A DNA stretch of 64,000 nucleotides from positions 124,001 through 188,000 of IMG/VR virus record IMGVR_UViG_3300035670_000008; one strand, given 5' to 3'. Every line of letters begins with the position of its first letter. Position 1 is the first letter of the stretch. A program made the translations under genes and the position numbers. The notes below the pieces were generated by a model. That model had not been told where the DNA came from. It worked only from the letters and a program-made list of their open reading frames with translations, and did no database searches. Of the stretch, positions 11,201 through 18,215 are shown one piece after another.

Positions 11201-14200
11201 GTTTGGTTCTGCTTCAGTTTATTCAGAACGCCTTTGACTTTGTCGGCGTCTGGAAGGGTATATCTAAAGCGGCGGGCAACCTCTTCAATCCCAACGCTTA
11301 GTTTCTCCCCAAGGTGACCAAACTTACCGTATAGCTCCAGGGCTGTGTAGGTGGCGAGCTTCGTCTTCTCACCGTATTTCAATAGCCGCTTTTCACCATC
11401 TTCGCCTTTATCGTCTTTACCGTAAGCCGTCAGCAGGTCTTGAAGCTGCTGGTCAGCGTTACTAACTCCAGAGTCAGTCAGATTCCGTTTTATATCGGTC
11501 TTGAGCGCTTCTATCTGCTTCTCTTGTTGGCTACGAACATCGGCTAACTTACCGCTTACTGACGCGGCTATCAGCTGTATCGTAGCTTCGTCTGCATTGG
11601 CTAAGAAGCTTTGACTGGATGACTGGCCTGCCAGCTCATCTAGAGTCCGTCGGACGATACTGTGGTCTTCGCCGACCGCAGTCAAGTCGTCAGGACTAAT
11701 ATTGAATAACCCAATGCTTTGTGATTGAGCTGCTAGTCGGCTAATCTGCTCGTTTGTTCTTTGTTCGGCTGGGGTGTTTAAGGCATCTTGTAGTGTACGT
11801 AGGTAGTCAGCTACACTTTCAGGGCCTTGACGAGCTAACCGCTCGTTATGTTCGGTCAGGTCAGTTCCCGCTAATTTGTGTAGCTCTCGGATGAGCTCAG
11901 TTGTTTCGTGCCGGCGTAAGGTGGCGCCTAGGTTGGCTTTATAATCCCCAGACCCTCTAATTGTTTCGTGCAGTTTCTTCAGATACCCATCGGCGTCTGC
12001 ATCTAGTTCAGCATTGAACATACTCCGGGAGTCCAAGCTAACCTCAGAGAAGCCCATTGCATTCAGCCGGTCTTGAACGTCTACGTTGCGGTAGATGTCC
12101 TGGGACGCCTTTAATAAGAAGGCCAACAGCCCGGCTGGGCGAGTCGTAAAGTCATCTAAGTGGGTGTAGATGTCTTTGCCATGCTCTTGTCCAGTCTTTA
12201 GGCTCTTGGCTTCGGTGAACAACGTATCGAATAACTGTTGGGTACCAGACTGTAACTTATTCAAAGCATCATCATCGCCTGTTAAGGCGGAGATAACTTG
12301 CTGGGTTAACGCGCTCTCTAAAGTCTCACCTTCTCCAACACCGCCCACTAAAGCAGCTAAGCCAGAGTAGAAGCTTAAAGAAGACTTCAACTTGCTGTCG
12401 TTTGCTTTACTTTTTACTGGGCGTAACCGCAACGCCTCCGCGTACTGAGAGCGATTCTCTGCGTCGTGGGTCGTTAGGCTGGTGCGGAGGGCCTCTTTAA
12501 GCCCCTCAATGTTGGTTGAATCGTCGAAGGTCATTAGTAGCATTGCTAATGCTTCCGCGATGGCTCTACCTCCTTTAACCTTGGAATCCCCTTTACCTGT
12601 AATTAGCTCGTAGATACCGCTTTGCTGTTGCTCTTCTAGCAGGCCTAACCCCATATCGAAGTTGAAGCCCTTGATTTGACTAGTAGATAGCATCGCAAAG
12701 ACGTCTTGCGCGGCTACGCGGGTGGGTAAGAGGTGCTTCGTACCTTCAGTAAAGCCGGCCAAGGCTTCCCATAAGGCCCCCTCGGCTGTCCGCATAGGCC
12801 CTTTAGACATCGTGGTACCTGGACGCATGGCGTCTCGGTCGGCTTTAATCGTCTGGGTGTTGAGGTCTAAGGTTACGGTATTCCGTCGACTAACGTTAAC
12901 TCTGGAGTCTGACACAACGGTAATCCCTTCACCGAGTTCACGACCCGCCATAGCCGGCAGCCGGAACAGCATCGGTCGTACCTGGCTGTCTCCTGTCGAA
13001 CTGCTGTAGTTAAATAGGTTCTTAATGGTGAACGCCATGGAGTTCTCTTTGACTTCACCAATTTTCTCCATAGAGGCTAGGTATTGAGCTGGCTCCAGCT
13101 GGACGTCCTTTCCGTCTGAATCTTTCTGTACGTCGGGCGGGCTATAAACCCCTTTGCGGTAGTAAAAGCCTACTTCATCCGAGCCACGGGAGATATCTAT
13201 GCGAAGGTTATCGCTGTTCAACGACTGGATAGAGTCTATAACCAGTCGATGGACGTCTCTGGCGTCAAGACTGTCACCTACAGCGAGCCGAACGCTCTCT
13301 ATAAAGTTGCCAATATTAAGCTTACCTTTGGGGTCAGCTAAGCCTACTGGGGTTACACCCAGCTCAGCTAGTCGGCTGGTCACCTCAGTCGTCACCTGTT
13401 TATTCAGGCTATTTAGAACATCGGTTAGTTCGACTTTAAGGTCTTTAGCTAAAAAGATAGTCCCTGGCTTTAGTTTGTCGTTGATTTCTTTCTGTAGGGC
13501 AGCCGGGTTAGCTGAGAAGGAGTCTAACGTAGCTGTGGCCTGGACAACGTGGGGTTGAACATATCTCAGGTCATTGTACTTAGAGTTTAAGAGACCGTAG
13601 TCAGATAACTGAGACGCCCCGGTACCGATGACTACCCTTCTGGGGGTCTTACCGCCGATGAAGCCTTTGATAATCTGCTTCTGGTCTTCACTCAACTCTA
13701 CAGCCACCCGTCGCAGCAGTTGGGGGTCGGGGTTTCTTAACAGGTCAGCGTCTTCGGCAGTGTTATCTGGATGGAGCCGCTTAAATTCTCTTAGATATTC
13801 ATCCTTTAAATAATCGAACTGCTGTCGGCTTAGACTACCAAGAATACTGCCGCCTAAAGACGATGGTGCGTCTCCCGCGTTGTAGCTACCAACACTCCCG
13901 AAACTCAAGGCGTATTGAACGAATTCCTTTGAGGCCTCGTAGATAGGTCGAGTGGAGGTTAGGTTCTTCATCCGTTGGCTGATTTGCTCAGACTTAGCAA
14001 ACGGGAAGAAATATAACAGCTGGTCTAGGTTACCTTCCTCGTCTAACTGACCGTTTGGAATAGCATTACCTTGCTCGTCGTACTTAGGTAAAAGCCTACC
14101 ATCGTAACTAGTCTGGTAGTCTCGCTCGTAACGACTGAAGGTTATCTTAGCTAACCGTTCTGCTTCTGCTTTAGCCTCGTCTTTGTTTCGTCCGGCCTGT

Positions 14201-17200
14201 TCCAGAAGAGCGGTCGTCTCCTTGATATACTCACTCTTTTTAATAATGCTGAGCCCGGGCATACTCTGCATCAAACCCATTAGGTTGTGAACGACCGGAG
14301 CCCCGCCCTCTAGTTTCAACAGCCCGCCGTAGCGAACGTAGGCGTCTTGGAACTTAAGTCTACCGGACGAAGCAACGGCTCGGAGGTACTCGCCTGAGTA
14401 GGCCCCCAGGCCTTCCCCGTGCATTAACGCGTAGGGGCTCATAACAAAACCGGTAGTCTCTCCACCTCGGAGGTAGTCAAAGACGTTCGCAATCTGCTTG
14501 TCTTCGCCGTATACCGGCAGGCGGTGGATACCTTGACCAAAGGAGTAGTTCGTTTCGTGGGGTTGAGGGAAGATGTCTACTTGGTTGCTAAACGCCTCTT
14601 TCTTCCCTTTCTCTACCTCGTTTTTATAGATAGCCGCCAACACCGGATTGGAGTTGATGGTCTGCATAATCAAATCATTATAAATACCGCTATAACCTAA
14701 GCCGCCTTGGGTGCGTAGCCCCATACTGACGGATTCAATCACCCGGTCGGTAATGGTAGAGGTGAACTTAGCTACCTGTTGATGAATGGCTTCACCGCTG
14801 GTAGAGCTACCCACCATCGACATTAATCCCTCAACAAAGACGTCAACCGCCTTAGTCATCTGCTCTCTTCTCAAGCCGGCTAACGCTTCAGTCTTGGAGT
14901 AACCAGGGACGTATTGGTCGTAGTCTGCTAAAGCCCCACCTAACATATCGGTTAGTTGAGTTTTAAACGCTACCTTAGCCTTTATCCGGTCTTTAGCCGA
15001 GCTGCCGGCTAGCTGCTCGATTAAGCCCTTGGAGACATTCTCTAAGTCGATGTTCTCTTTATTTTTATTCAGACTGTAGCCTAACCCTTTGCCAATCTCG
15101 GCGAAGTTAGCTCCGATCAGTTTCCGTAGGTTGGTCTGAAAGACTCCTTTGTCTAAGTTACCGAAAGTAGTGTGAACACCACGAATTTGGTACTCATACT
15201 GCATGGAGTGATACATCGTGGTCACTAAACCACCTAAGACATCGAATGCCCCGGCTTGGTAGCTATCTCCGTGGCGGAGAGTCTTATCTACGACTTTGCC
15301 TTCTCTAGGGTCATAGACTTGATAGGTCTTGGCGTCGCCAGAACTATTCTTATAGACCATGCCGGCTAGCATCCGCTGAGTCTTGTTTAGATAGACGACA
15401 GGCTCCATGCCGTCCTTATAACGGGAGTTGATGGTCTGCTCTCCCCCGAAGGTTACGTCAAAGGAGTAACCTGGCTGCCCCTGAATCGGACTAGCAATCT
15501 GGATTGTCGCCCCGACTAACTTAGCCTCTCCTTCACCAACGAGATACCGGCGGCTAAAGATAAACTTGGGCATCTTACTGGGGTCGGTGCTTTCCCAAAC
15601 GCGGGCTTCCTTCCCGCCCATCTGCTGCAGATAGGCCAGGCCCTGCTCAGCGATTGCCGAGTTTCCTCGTCGTTCGACTAACAAGCCTTGATAGTCCTTC
15701 CCGCCCCTTAGATTTAACCCAAAGCGGCTGTAGCCATGTAGGTAGGTATTGGCAATATCGTCCTGCTCCTCCGTAGAGAGAAGGTCTAAAGAGTTCGCAC
15801 TGGTTTTATCTAAGAACAACATCGTCTCAATGTTGTTTTCGTAGGCCTGCTTTGATAGGTTAGCCGACCCAATCCCATAAGACTTTAGTTTATTATTCTC
15901 ATCCAAGACAGCAAACGACTTACTGTGCATGAACTGAGACGGCATCAGTGTAAAAGCGTTGTTCTCTAGTAGGGTTTTAATTAGTCCGTGTCGTTCCTTC
16001 TGATTCTCGGTTCTAGAACTCTCAGCTATTTTGTCGACTGCGTAATAGTTGTCTAATAAGGCAAACAACCCTAGGTCTGGCTTATAACTTGTAGCTGTGA
16101 TTCCAATACTTAATCGTCCGCTTTCCGCTAAGGTCTTCAAAGCCTCGAAGCCGGACGCCTTAACGCTAAAAGGCGTGCCCGACATATTTTTATTAGGGTC
16201 TAACATCTGTTCAATGTATTGAACAGACATAATAGCTTTGTCCTTTCCGTCAGCTGCGGCTCGGCCTAGACGGTCAGACATCTGTTCGTGGATGTCTTCG
16301 TTAACGTATAGAGCTTTGTGACCAGCGCCAGTAGCCACAAGGTTGTTTTCGTATAACGTTTTAAACCGGTCCCTTAGATTGTTAGGATCTCGGTCTCCAG
16401 TATCGTGCTTATTATCTTGTAGACTTAATAACGCATCGGTGGCTGCTTTAATCTGTTTGCTAACCGCGTCGAACGAAGCACGTTGTTTAACAGCCCATTG
16501 GTTGTGCTCTTCGTCATCTAATTTGAATGCTGCTCGATTGATAACCAGCATTTCTTCAATGGTGGTGCTTTGGTCTAAAGCTGGTGTGTAGTTTTGGGTG
16601 GAGATGAAGAACTTAGTAATCTGCTCTTGTTGACCCTGACCTTCATAGAAATAACCAAGCTTGGCGTGGATAGACCCGGTGTTCATATACACTGGTTTTA
16701 TCCGGGCGTCGGCTTGTCCGTTGTATAGCTGTGAAGCTCGTACAGCTAAGTCGTTACCTCCGTAGATACTGGCACGGGTAAAGTCGTCCTGGGCATCTGA
16801 CGCGGCTGAATACCCTTGTGTCCCTATCACCGTTGCACCAGGACGAGTAACTAAGGCAGCCAGCGCGCTAGTGTTCTGCATCTGGTAGACGTAGCCACGA
16901 AAACCTAGATTTCTGTTTTCCTCACCTGCGAACATGGCGAAGATATCTAAGTTACTTGGTCTACCAACTAACCCACTCGGACTCTGGTAATGCCGGGTTT
17001 GTTGAGTCAGCCGGTTACTGATGTTATCTATCGAACGGTTGAGCCGCTGAGCGCCATACTCTACTGCGCGAGTCAGCCCCTGGTTGAGATAACCTTGGTC
17101 GTACTCCGCTATCTTAAGTCGGTTAGCGGTGGTGTCTACATTCTGTTTCTGGTCAGCACTAACCTTATTTCGCTCGTCTTCTGCTTGTTTAAAGCGGCGC

Positions 17201-17571
17201 TCAAACTCCTTAGAGTAATTCTGAATACCTCGGAATGGATCGGTAGCATTAGTGACGAAGTTCGTCCAGAACTTATGGTCAACGTTGACTTCACCGTCAG
17301 TGTTTGCGTTCAGTGACCAACTGCTTAGGTTGGTGGCTACCTCTGGGTAGATTGCAACGTAGTCTTCAAGCGGGATTGATTTTAATAACTCTTTAGGCAG
17401 GCTTTCCCCTGCGTCTTTCAACGCCTGCTCTAAGAGGTTAATAAAAGACTGATATGTTGTAAGTAATGTCTCGTCCGCTACTAGGGACTGCTTTACCGGA
17501 CCGTTTACCCTGGCATCCTCGCTTAGGTAGGTAATTAAGTCATAGTAGTTTTGAATAGAGTAAGTAGACAT
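2233..17571 (-). CDS. Giant virion protein (5112 aa): N-terminal PLD-family domain, two-barrel RNA polymerase, and a helical/hydrophobic tape-measure-like C-terminus
   Basis: Single uninterrupted ORF. PLD motifs HAK (H302) and HSK...GSAN (H549). RNAP motifs LSDYGLL (D1324), K1576/K1590, RMGMSGTSYI (R2686), VLTGRQGAP (R3751), GDYDGD (3815-3820) and LLGKVYN (4102-4106). It lies downstream of the tail-assembly-chaperone genes and upstream of gpU-like and baseplate genes. Confidence 0.8.
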   Translation of the reverse strand: MSTYSIQNYYDLITYLSEDARVNGPVKQSLVADETLLTTYQSFINLLEQALKDAGESLPKELLKSIPLEDYVAIYPEVATNLSSWSLNANTDGEVNVDHKFWTNFVTNATDPFRGIQNYSKEFERRFKQAEDERNKVSADQKQNVDTTANRLKIAEYDQGYLNQGLTRAVEYGAQRLNRSIDNISNRLTQQTRHYQSPSGLVGRPSNLDIFAMFAGEENRNLGFRGYVYQMQNTSALAALVTRPGATVIGTQGYSAASDAQDDFTRASIYGGNDLAVRASQLYNGQADARIKPVYMNTGSIHAKLGYFYEGQGQQEQITKFFISTQNYTPALDQSTTIEEMLVINRAAFKLDDEEHNQWAVKQRASFDAVSKQIKAATDALLSLQDNKHDTGDRDPNNLRDRFKTLYENNLVATGAGHKALYVNEDIHEQMSDRLGRAAADGKDKAIMSVQYIEQMLDPNKNMSGTPFSVKASGFEALKTLAESGRLSIGITATSYKPDLGLFALLDNYYAVDKIAESSRTENQKERHGLIKTLLENNAFTLMPSQFMHSKSFAVLDENNKLKSYGIGSANLSKQAYENNIETMLFLDKTSANSLDLLSTEEQDDIANTYLHGYSRFGLNLRGGKDYQGLLVERRGNSAIAEQGLAYLQQMGGKEARVWESTDPSKMPKFIFSRRYLVGEGEAKLVGATIQIASPIQGQPGYSFDVTFGGEQTINSRYKDGMEPVVYLNKTQRMLAGMVYKNSSGDAKTYQVYDPREGKVVDKTLRHGDSYQAGAFDVLGGLVTTMYHSMQYEYQIRGVHTTFGNLDKGVFQTNLRKLIGANFAEIGKGLGYSLNKNKENIDLENVSKGLIEQLAGSSAKDRIKAKVAFKTQLTDMLGGALADYDQYVPGYSKTEALAGLRREQMTKAVDVFVEGLMSMVGSSTSGEAIHQQVAKFTSTITDRVIESVSMGLRTQGGLGYSGIYNDLIMQTINSNPVLAAIYKNEVEKGKKEAFSNQVDIFPQPHETNYSFGQGIHRLPVYGEDKQIANVFDYLRGGETTGFVMSPYALMHGEGLGAYSGEYLRAVASSGRLKFQDAYVRYGGLLKLEGGAPVVHNLMGLMQSMPGLSIIKKSEYIKETTALLEQAGRNKDEAKAEAERLAKITFSRYERDYQTSYDGRLLPKYDEQGNAIPNGQLDEEGNLDQLLYFFPFAKSEQISQRMKNLTSTRPIYEASKEFVQYALSFGSVGSYNAGDAPSSLGGSILGSLSRQQFDYLKDEYLREFKRLHPDNTAEDADLLRNPDPQLLRRVAVELSEDQKQIIKGFIGGKTPRRVVIGTGASQLSDYGLLNSKYNDLRYVQPHVVQATATLDSFSANPAALQKEINDKLKPGTIFLAKDLKVELTDVLNSLNKQVTTEVTSRLAELGVTPVGLADPKGKLNIGNFIESVRLAVGDSLDARDVHRLVIDSIQSLNSDNLRIDISRGSDEVGFYYRKGVYSPPDVQKDSDGKDVQLEPAQYLASMEKIGEVKENSMAFTIKNLFNYSSSTGDSQVRPMLFRLPAMAGRELGEGITVVSDSRVNVSRRNTVTLDLNTQTIKADRDAMRPGTTMSKGPMRTAEGALWEALAGFTEGTKHLLPTRVAAQDVFAMLSTSQIKGFNFDMGLGLLEEQQQSGIYELITGKGDSKVKGGRAIAEALAMLLMTFDDSTNIEGLKEALRTSLTTHDAENRSQYAEALRLRPVKSKANDSKLKSSLSFYSGLAALVGGVGEGETLESALTQQVISALTGDDDALNKLQSGTQQLFDTLFTEAKSLKTGQEHGKDIYTHLDDFTTRPAGLLAFLLKASQDIYRNVDVQDRLNAMGFSEVSLDSRSMFNAELDADADGYLKKLHETIRGSGDYKANLGATLRRHETTELIRELHKLAGTDLTEHNERLARQGPESVADYLRTLQDALNTPAEQRTNEQISRLAAQSQSIGLFNISPDDLTAVGEDHSIVRRTLDELAGQSSSQSFLANADEATIQLIAASVSGKLADVRSQQEKQIEALKTDIKRNLTDSGVSNADQQLQDLLTAYGKDDKGEDGEKRLLKYGEKTKLATYTALELYGKFGHLGEKLSVGIEEVARRFRYTLPDADKVKGVLNKLKQNQTITSEEEQMLHEVEAVYQAIRTYVQTQRFIELPGEYEPSKLAVPAGMKNITALEGHYAQGLTAKQLEMYAYNPKDLTDVGTIQHALVQLAIVYENVVPTHRQVQDSYGIMKHNLGDAAVVQHIAQTELGLTPQLITNATEHRAINSDLSALVFNEDITTKRLGLSLSLGQNTTYDFINTYLTHYTSFGRHQLPGNVDSSGRVETRTLGTKAVSEFIKQGHQKQDSNSYLPALQQMMDYADITRRNLGNNLDYEANINRRVDLVLEETRTRLDRKFRHKAANNPTFMAALETRLEEAKLGIAEFNMEEFLDRLYSRQESPINTSLNTTHLYDQDSEDILYQKEYLRNYNATGTRALATNAALNAITETYREQVRTRVENTFNMNTGAEYLEGMESLYQSAQQQFEYYRNKGDFEGRLQRESAKTIMQSLSTTRMISLPSIEILDRHSLDTQGRGLNVVTVGSDRNAQTGVLLGLDILQKLSLLFNAESHPALEAQFKLVAKLQRLQPVIDKIQLGALQGVGTSTITDEEVVELQELQVLMQQSKETAVELVHNKNSIRQATANRMGMSGTSYIAVNSFLVGMDEVGMGSRVERAAGLTAGNGIRRLSSSIDKSIRKDVKAIRLAAALGSKGQILMELTITNEIEYAQELLQELTDGTVKNEVESVIQKLRQAQISGDRDTIENALRSAKGLVEVRNTYLSGVVPLGTENPVKTQLAFIEEQKVNQQRIRNLDVSLGYIKGENTIIKQRDRLNFGVSGESLQNRQDEISRLEAKRSKQIAYHYNTRSGYVKNQMELQQRINEKNAAIAKKEAQVVDKQQKIAEQEAYIRTQQASLNYYRYYDIRNPYDQSGEGHNTRVQRARRNVDNKWNWLLNQASTYQNLNSRVLPAIGRKINTLTNQNQFGDTYHDKIVFSIENAIGLTDEVPPYSARDFIGQMRFLEKHLTRYNSVAQGSIIPSNMPSDLNQLSQQEQREFAAQVNDNVRALFEVVPASQATGRIAVNQLTPRGQSLLAAVDNMIPTLEGAYNEINNTRLPNILTNINAGLADLGVNQTVTPENVGALTRLDAVTERLMTQSDIKGYTNFLFNPSEQQLNTVRDSRFPMVRAAYLSRGEFGGFFGALMFGDADLDAQSIDGVKARQKAASVLFPIEQGDSLYAKLKRANQLQARARSNIMVADLGLRGPEAVPVGMPIPDNSFFYNEDGWPQYLTGQVENLTQKIGGMRDKVTELEGYQADNTTKLPGELAAIKTEIGKLDTKIAEKSAELPARQAAHAGLSEEHKAYQNVIESELKLQKYIGWGYVQYDSSSPQQQAANLAQMQEVIDYTNRLRAVAYGKEDGKNIDFIVDRLNEIKANLERRLAGGYTAEETFIQGTGLSNKLTQRQYDELQSGVSVLGNQAELQSRLAQVEAAIGYVESQRTAYGGPEYFRLNIDYGLTKEAAKGRQTVAENLLEYQQSKLTIERAAAQLNNPTARYVPVEQARLDQANAYMGSLSQDTVNQYETEIASRQLYAGVEDIINPSTGAVVDSVDQQTVRLLKQEAEIYQDYPDLAKYNSQLREWAKLLRDYAYHYGNESANITPEDLHRRLVNNENIDIIVASVISGQPVNQENLAKVQNEIEYRAGLGAVLTGRQGAPFYTSNPTDGQSINSLFKQAIEITETNRRGRELNTFLTSNETSASALMLVSAFGFEFTGLGDYDGDSFQAALSRVNNMTGEIAQRTVELRRLSREKEQIEAALVKARNMATPVPALVESLEEQLAEKAASIQQAENFKSVATQTIKAALGEVEATRTSKINRAYEGLRSYIGSFLALPEQVIGSKEIAENTVFKDEALRGLIKQFVDTLSGFNFDTGLMGGELGKYSHINAAEFDTDGRLQQGSLTWDEGFGKLSNEKQTRVRENFEYWSGQFEQSGSFYQAYLDKGSYTKDDYVQAVSEYQAQMESTVMSMMSVNKVFANVRGTVTDPENFGSMQAIMGITGGSLLGKVYNTVVPISSGLSADISFKRMLLDKDLTAGFNAAVERGFTGAIQQNADAAVGDALTRMQSMLTQEAVDNTTEEIIPWRIAMRETEERNAVSYRFLVTTQQYLRDAALKPKQAGGLSGRIESYRISESALDELKEIGITDREAISKEVGYTNILQMESRYTDHDQRKSFIQIVSQDFLGTVANSALQYQYGVDTRGPSVQETEGLTAFAALRLLTDYVSGKGDSAANLMENSSYGSTLKAIKASYQKALDDGTLPEHIKARVATYGRIDDAKLTTYVLSDMMNKFQANFISDAMLEGMKNIHIDVTRKALDIYGVNEQGQIVDDSKLTLASMESYIKDVQSYLDVKIGDSETEPVRFLDEIQNTLDDERLSTKQKVARIKGKGTLLLRDKYLNVDTADKIVAGLEARQQTELAKLREQQSAMSAAIQQELTAVQTPENPGAQLSEQTLTKAVIGSLVEHSISQQTDLMMPMMNRLKAFNRAVAEIQDSGGTTNLAKALVAHGDSFNSLAMEFSAQQYALDAGKLSGEALPKAFAHNVTAIVDAVKSQIAGGGSLSHQEVKGVFAALALGGAIPDSVQQMMSEAGANLTPDQMIDFQQKVVQALTYGGVETPTASPTAPVPEVNRLPVTAGMGALEYAAAANSYLHTQVGMAGLAQNMAQIITEKTGQITADTSEVELQQVEALVEQQKVVQQKLNENLDTYLENRQAAGFVSPLAEVTQARDNLMDVTQRSVDVQRAAKERAESHEVLSRMHGLAEGVSILGVPLLFSMMQGDIPLTEQVTSLGLDVVMSGITASSYERSSLRQLLSPSQDTQSADRTQRIADKLQFGRMQQYLMNYGSPTEGLARAAVSELIYAGGATFGTLLGQHFDQARPGFAGVPGVAGQTGAARLITEVAGGLIGMTVGGVISQRPIPTTTVTQDEFMADVAKSVSAGIQNIYNYLSQNLVGGDEEELDAEDLDSGETLTAMSGRSDIRSAFVDGSNVALSPAEFFQIISEDTNSPTTAQLLGIA
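4933..13644 (-). other. Two-barrel (double-psi beta-barrel) RNA polymerase region within the 5112-aa protein
   Basis: Beta-like then beta'-like motifs occur in the expected order. The catalytic DxDGD motif is encoded at 6112-6126. Boundaries are approximate. Confidence 0.75.
15800..16950 (-). other. PLD-superfamily domain (two HxK half-sites) within the 5112-aa protein
   Basis: IHAKLGYFY...FFISTQNYT (His at 16666-16668) and FMHSKSFAVLD...YGIGSANLSKQAYENNIETML (His at 15925-15927). Domain boundaries are approximate. Confidence 0.8.
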
Positions 17572-17606
17572 GTTTTAATAACATCACCGTATACTCTCAA
17601 CTTAGT

Positions 17607-17638
17607 CAGAAGGGAGCCCGTATTTTGGACTCCCTCTG
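17607..17638 (-). terminator. Intergenic hairpin just after the gpT-like stop codon (attenuator or mRNA-stability element; no U-tract)
   Basis: Minus strand reads CAGA-GGGAGTCC-AAAATAC-GGGCTCCC-T-TCTG: an 8-bp stem with one G.U pair plus a 4-bp extension, not followed by poly-T. Confidence 0.45.
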
Positions 17639-17639
17639 G

Positions 17640-18215
17640 CTACCGAAAGGTTTTGTCTAAGGCAGCGTTCGATTTTATATTGCTGATGGCATCTAAGGAT
17701 GGTTTGATTTGCTCCTTCATTGCCATCTTGGCTTCGTTGTTACGCCGCTCAATCTCGCGGTTGAGGTTCTCTACCTCCAAGGCGATGGCTTTCTTAATGA
17801 CTTCTGGCCATCCGTAGGTAGCGTAGAAGGCATCTCCACCACTTCCTATCCACTCAGCTAACGGAAGTTTAGTAAATTGGTTGGCTGCTATCCAGCTGGA
17901 TATCTGGTATTTCTCGGAGATGATTTTAGCAGCCTCTTCAAAAATCATATCTCTAGAGAGCATTAGATTCTTGAACTCTTCTTCCGTTAGACTCTCCCAG
18001 CGGCGGATGGGCCACCAGTCGGGGTAGATACAGGAGCGCCCAGCTAACTCTAGAAGAGGGTCGCCAGGCGCGGCGACTGGTGTGGGTGGTGTGTAGTTTA
18101 AGAAGCGGACGGCTCCGTTGTTGTCTCCGAGGGCTGGGCCGTAGTACGCCGAGCCCGAGGTTTGGCGTCGGATTCTTGTTGCCCAAAGCTTGCTCTGTAG
18201 CGCTTCCCCGCTTCT
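17640..18215 (-). CDS. gpT-like C-terminal part of a frameshifted tail-assembly chaperone (gpGT). The track lists only 17640-17963.
   Basis: The frame of the 107-aa ORF stays open for 84 further codons upstream, to the TAA at 18218-18216, with no ATG, GTG or TTG. It overlaps the chaperone 3' end in the -1 frame. Confidence 0.65.
   Translation of the reverse strand, partial: RSGEALQSKLWATRIRRQTSGSAYYGPALGDNNGAVRFLNYTPPTPVAAPGDPLLELAGRSCIYPDWWPIRRWESLTEEEFKNLMLSRDMIFEEAAKIISEKYQISSWIAANQFTKLPLAEWIGSGGDAFYATYGWPEVIKKAIALEVENLNREIERRNNEAKMAMKEQIKPSLDAISNIKSNAALDKTFR

Noticed and set aside
2258-17316. Numerous 60-120 aa plus-strand ORFs inside the 5112-aa gene, and similar antisense or alternate-frame ORFs throughout the window
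   Set aside because: They are shadow ORFs nested in long coding genes, with Ser/Arg-rich non-protein-like composition and no RBS or operon context.
17953-18186. 77-aa minus-strand ORF bridging the chaperone and gpT-like genes
   Set aside because: It is Arg/Pro/Ser-rich and overlaps both neighbours. The third frame gives a far more protein-like bridge.
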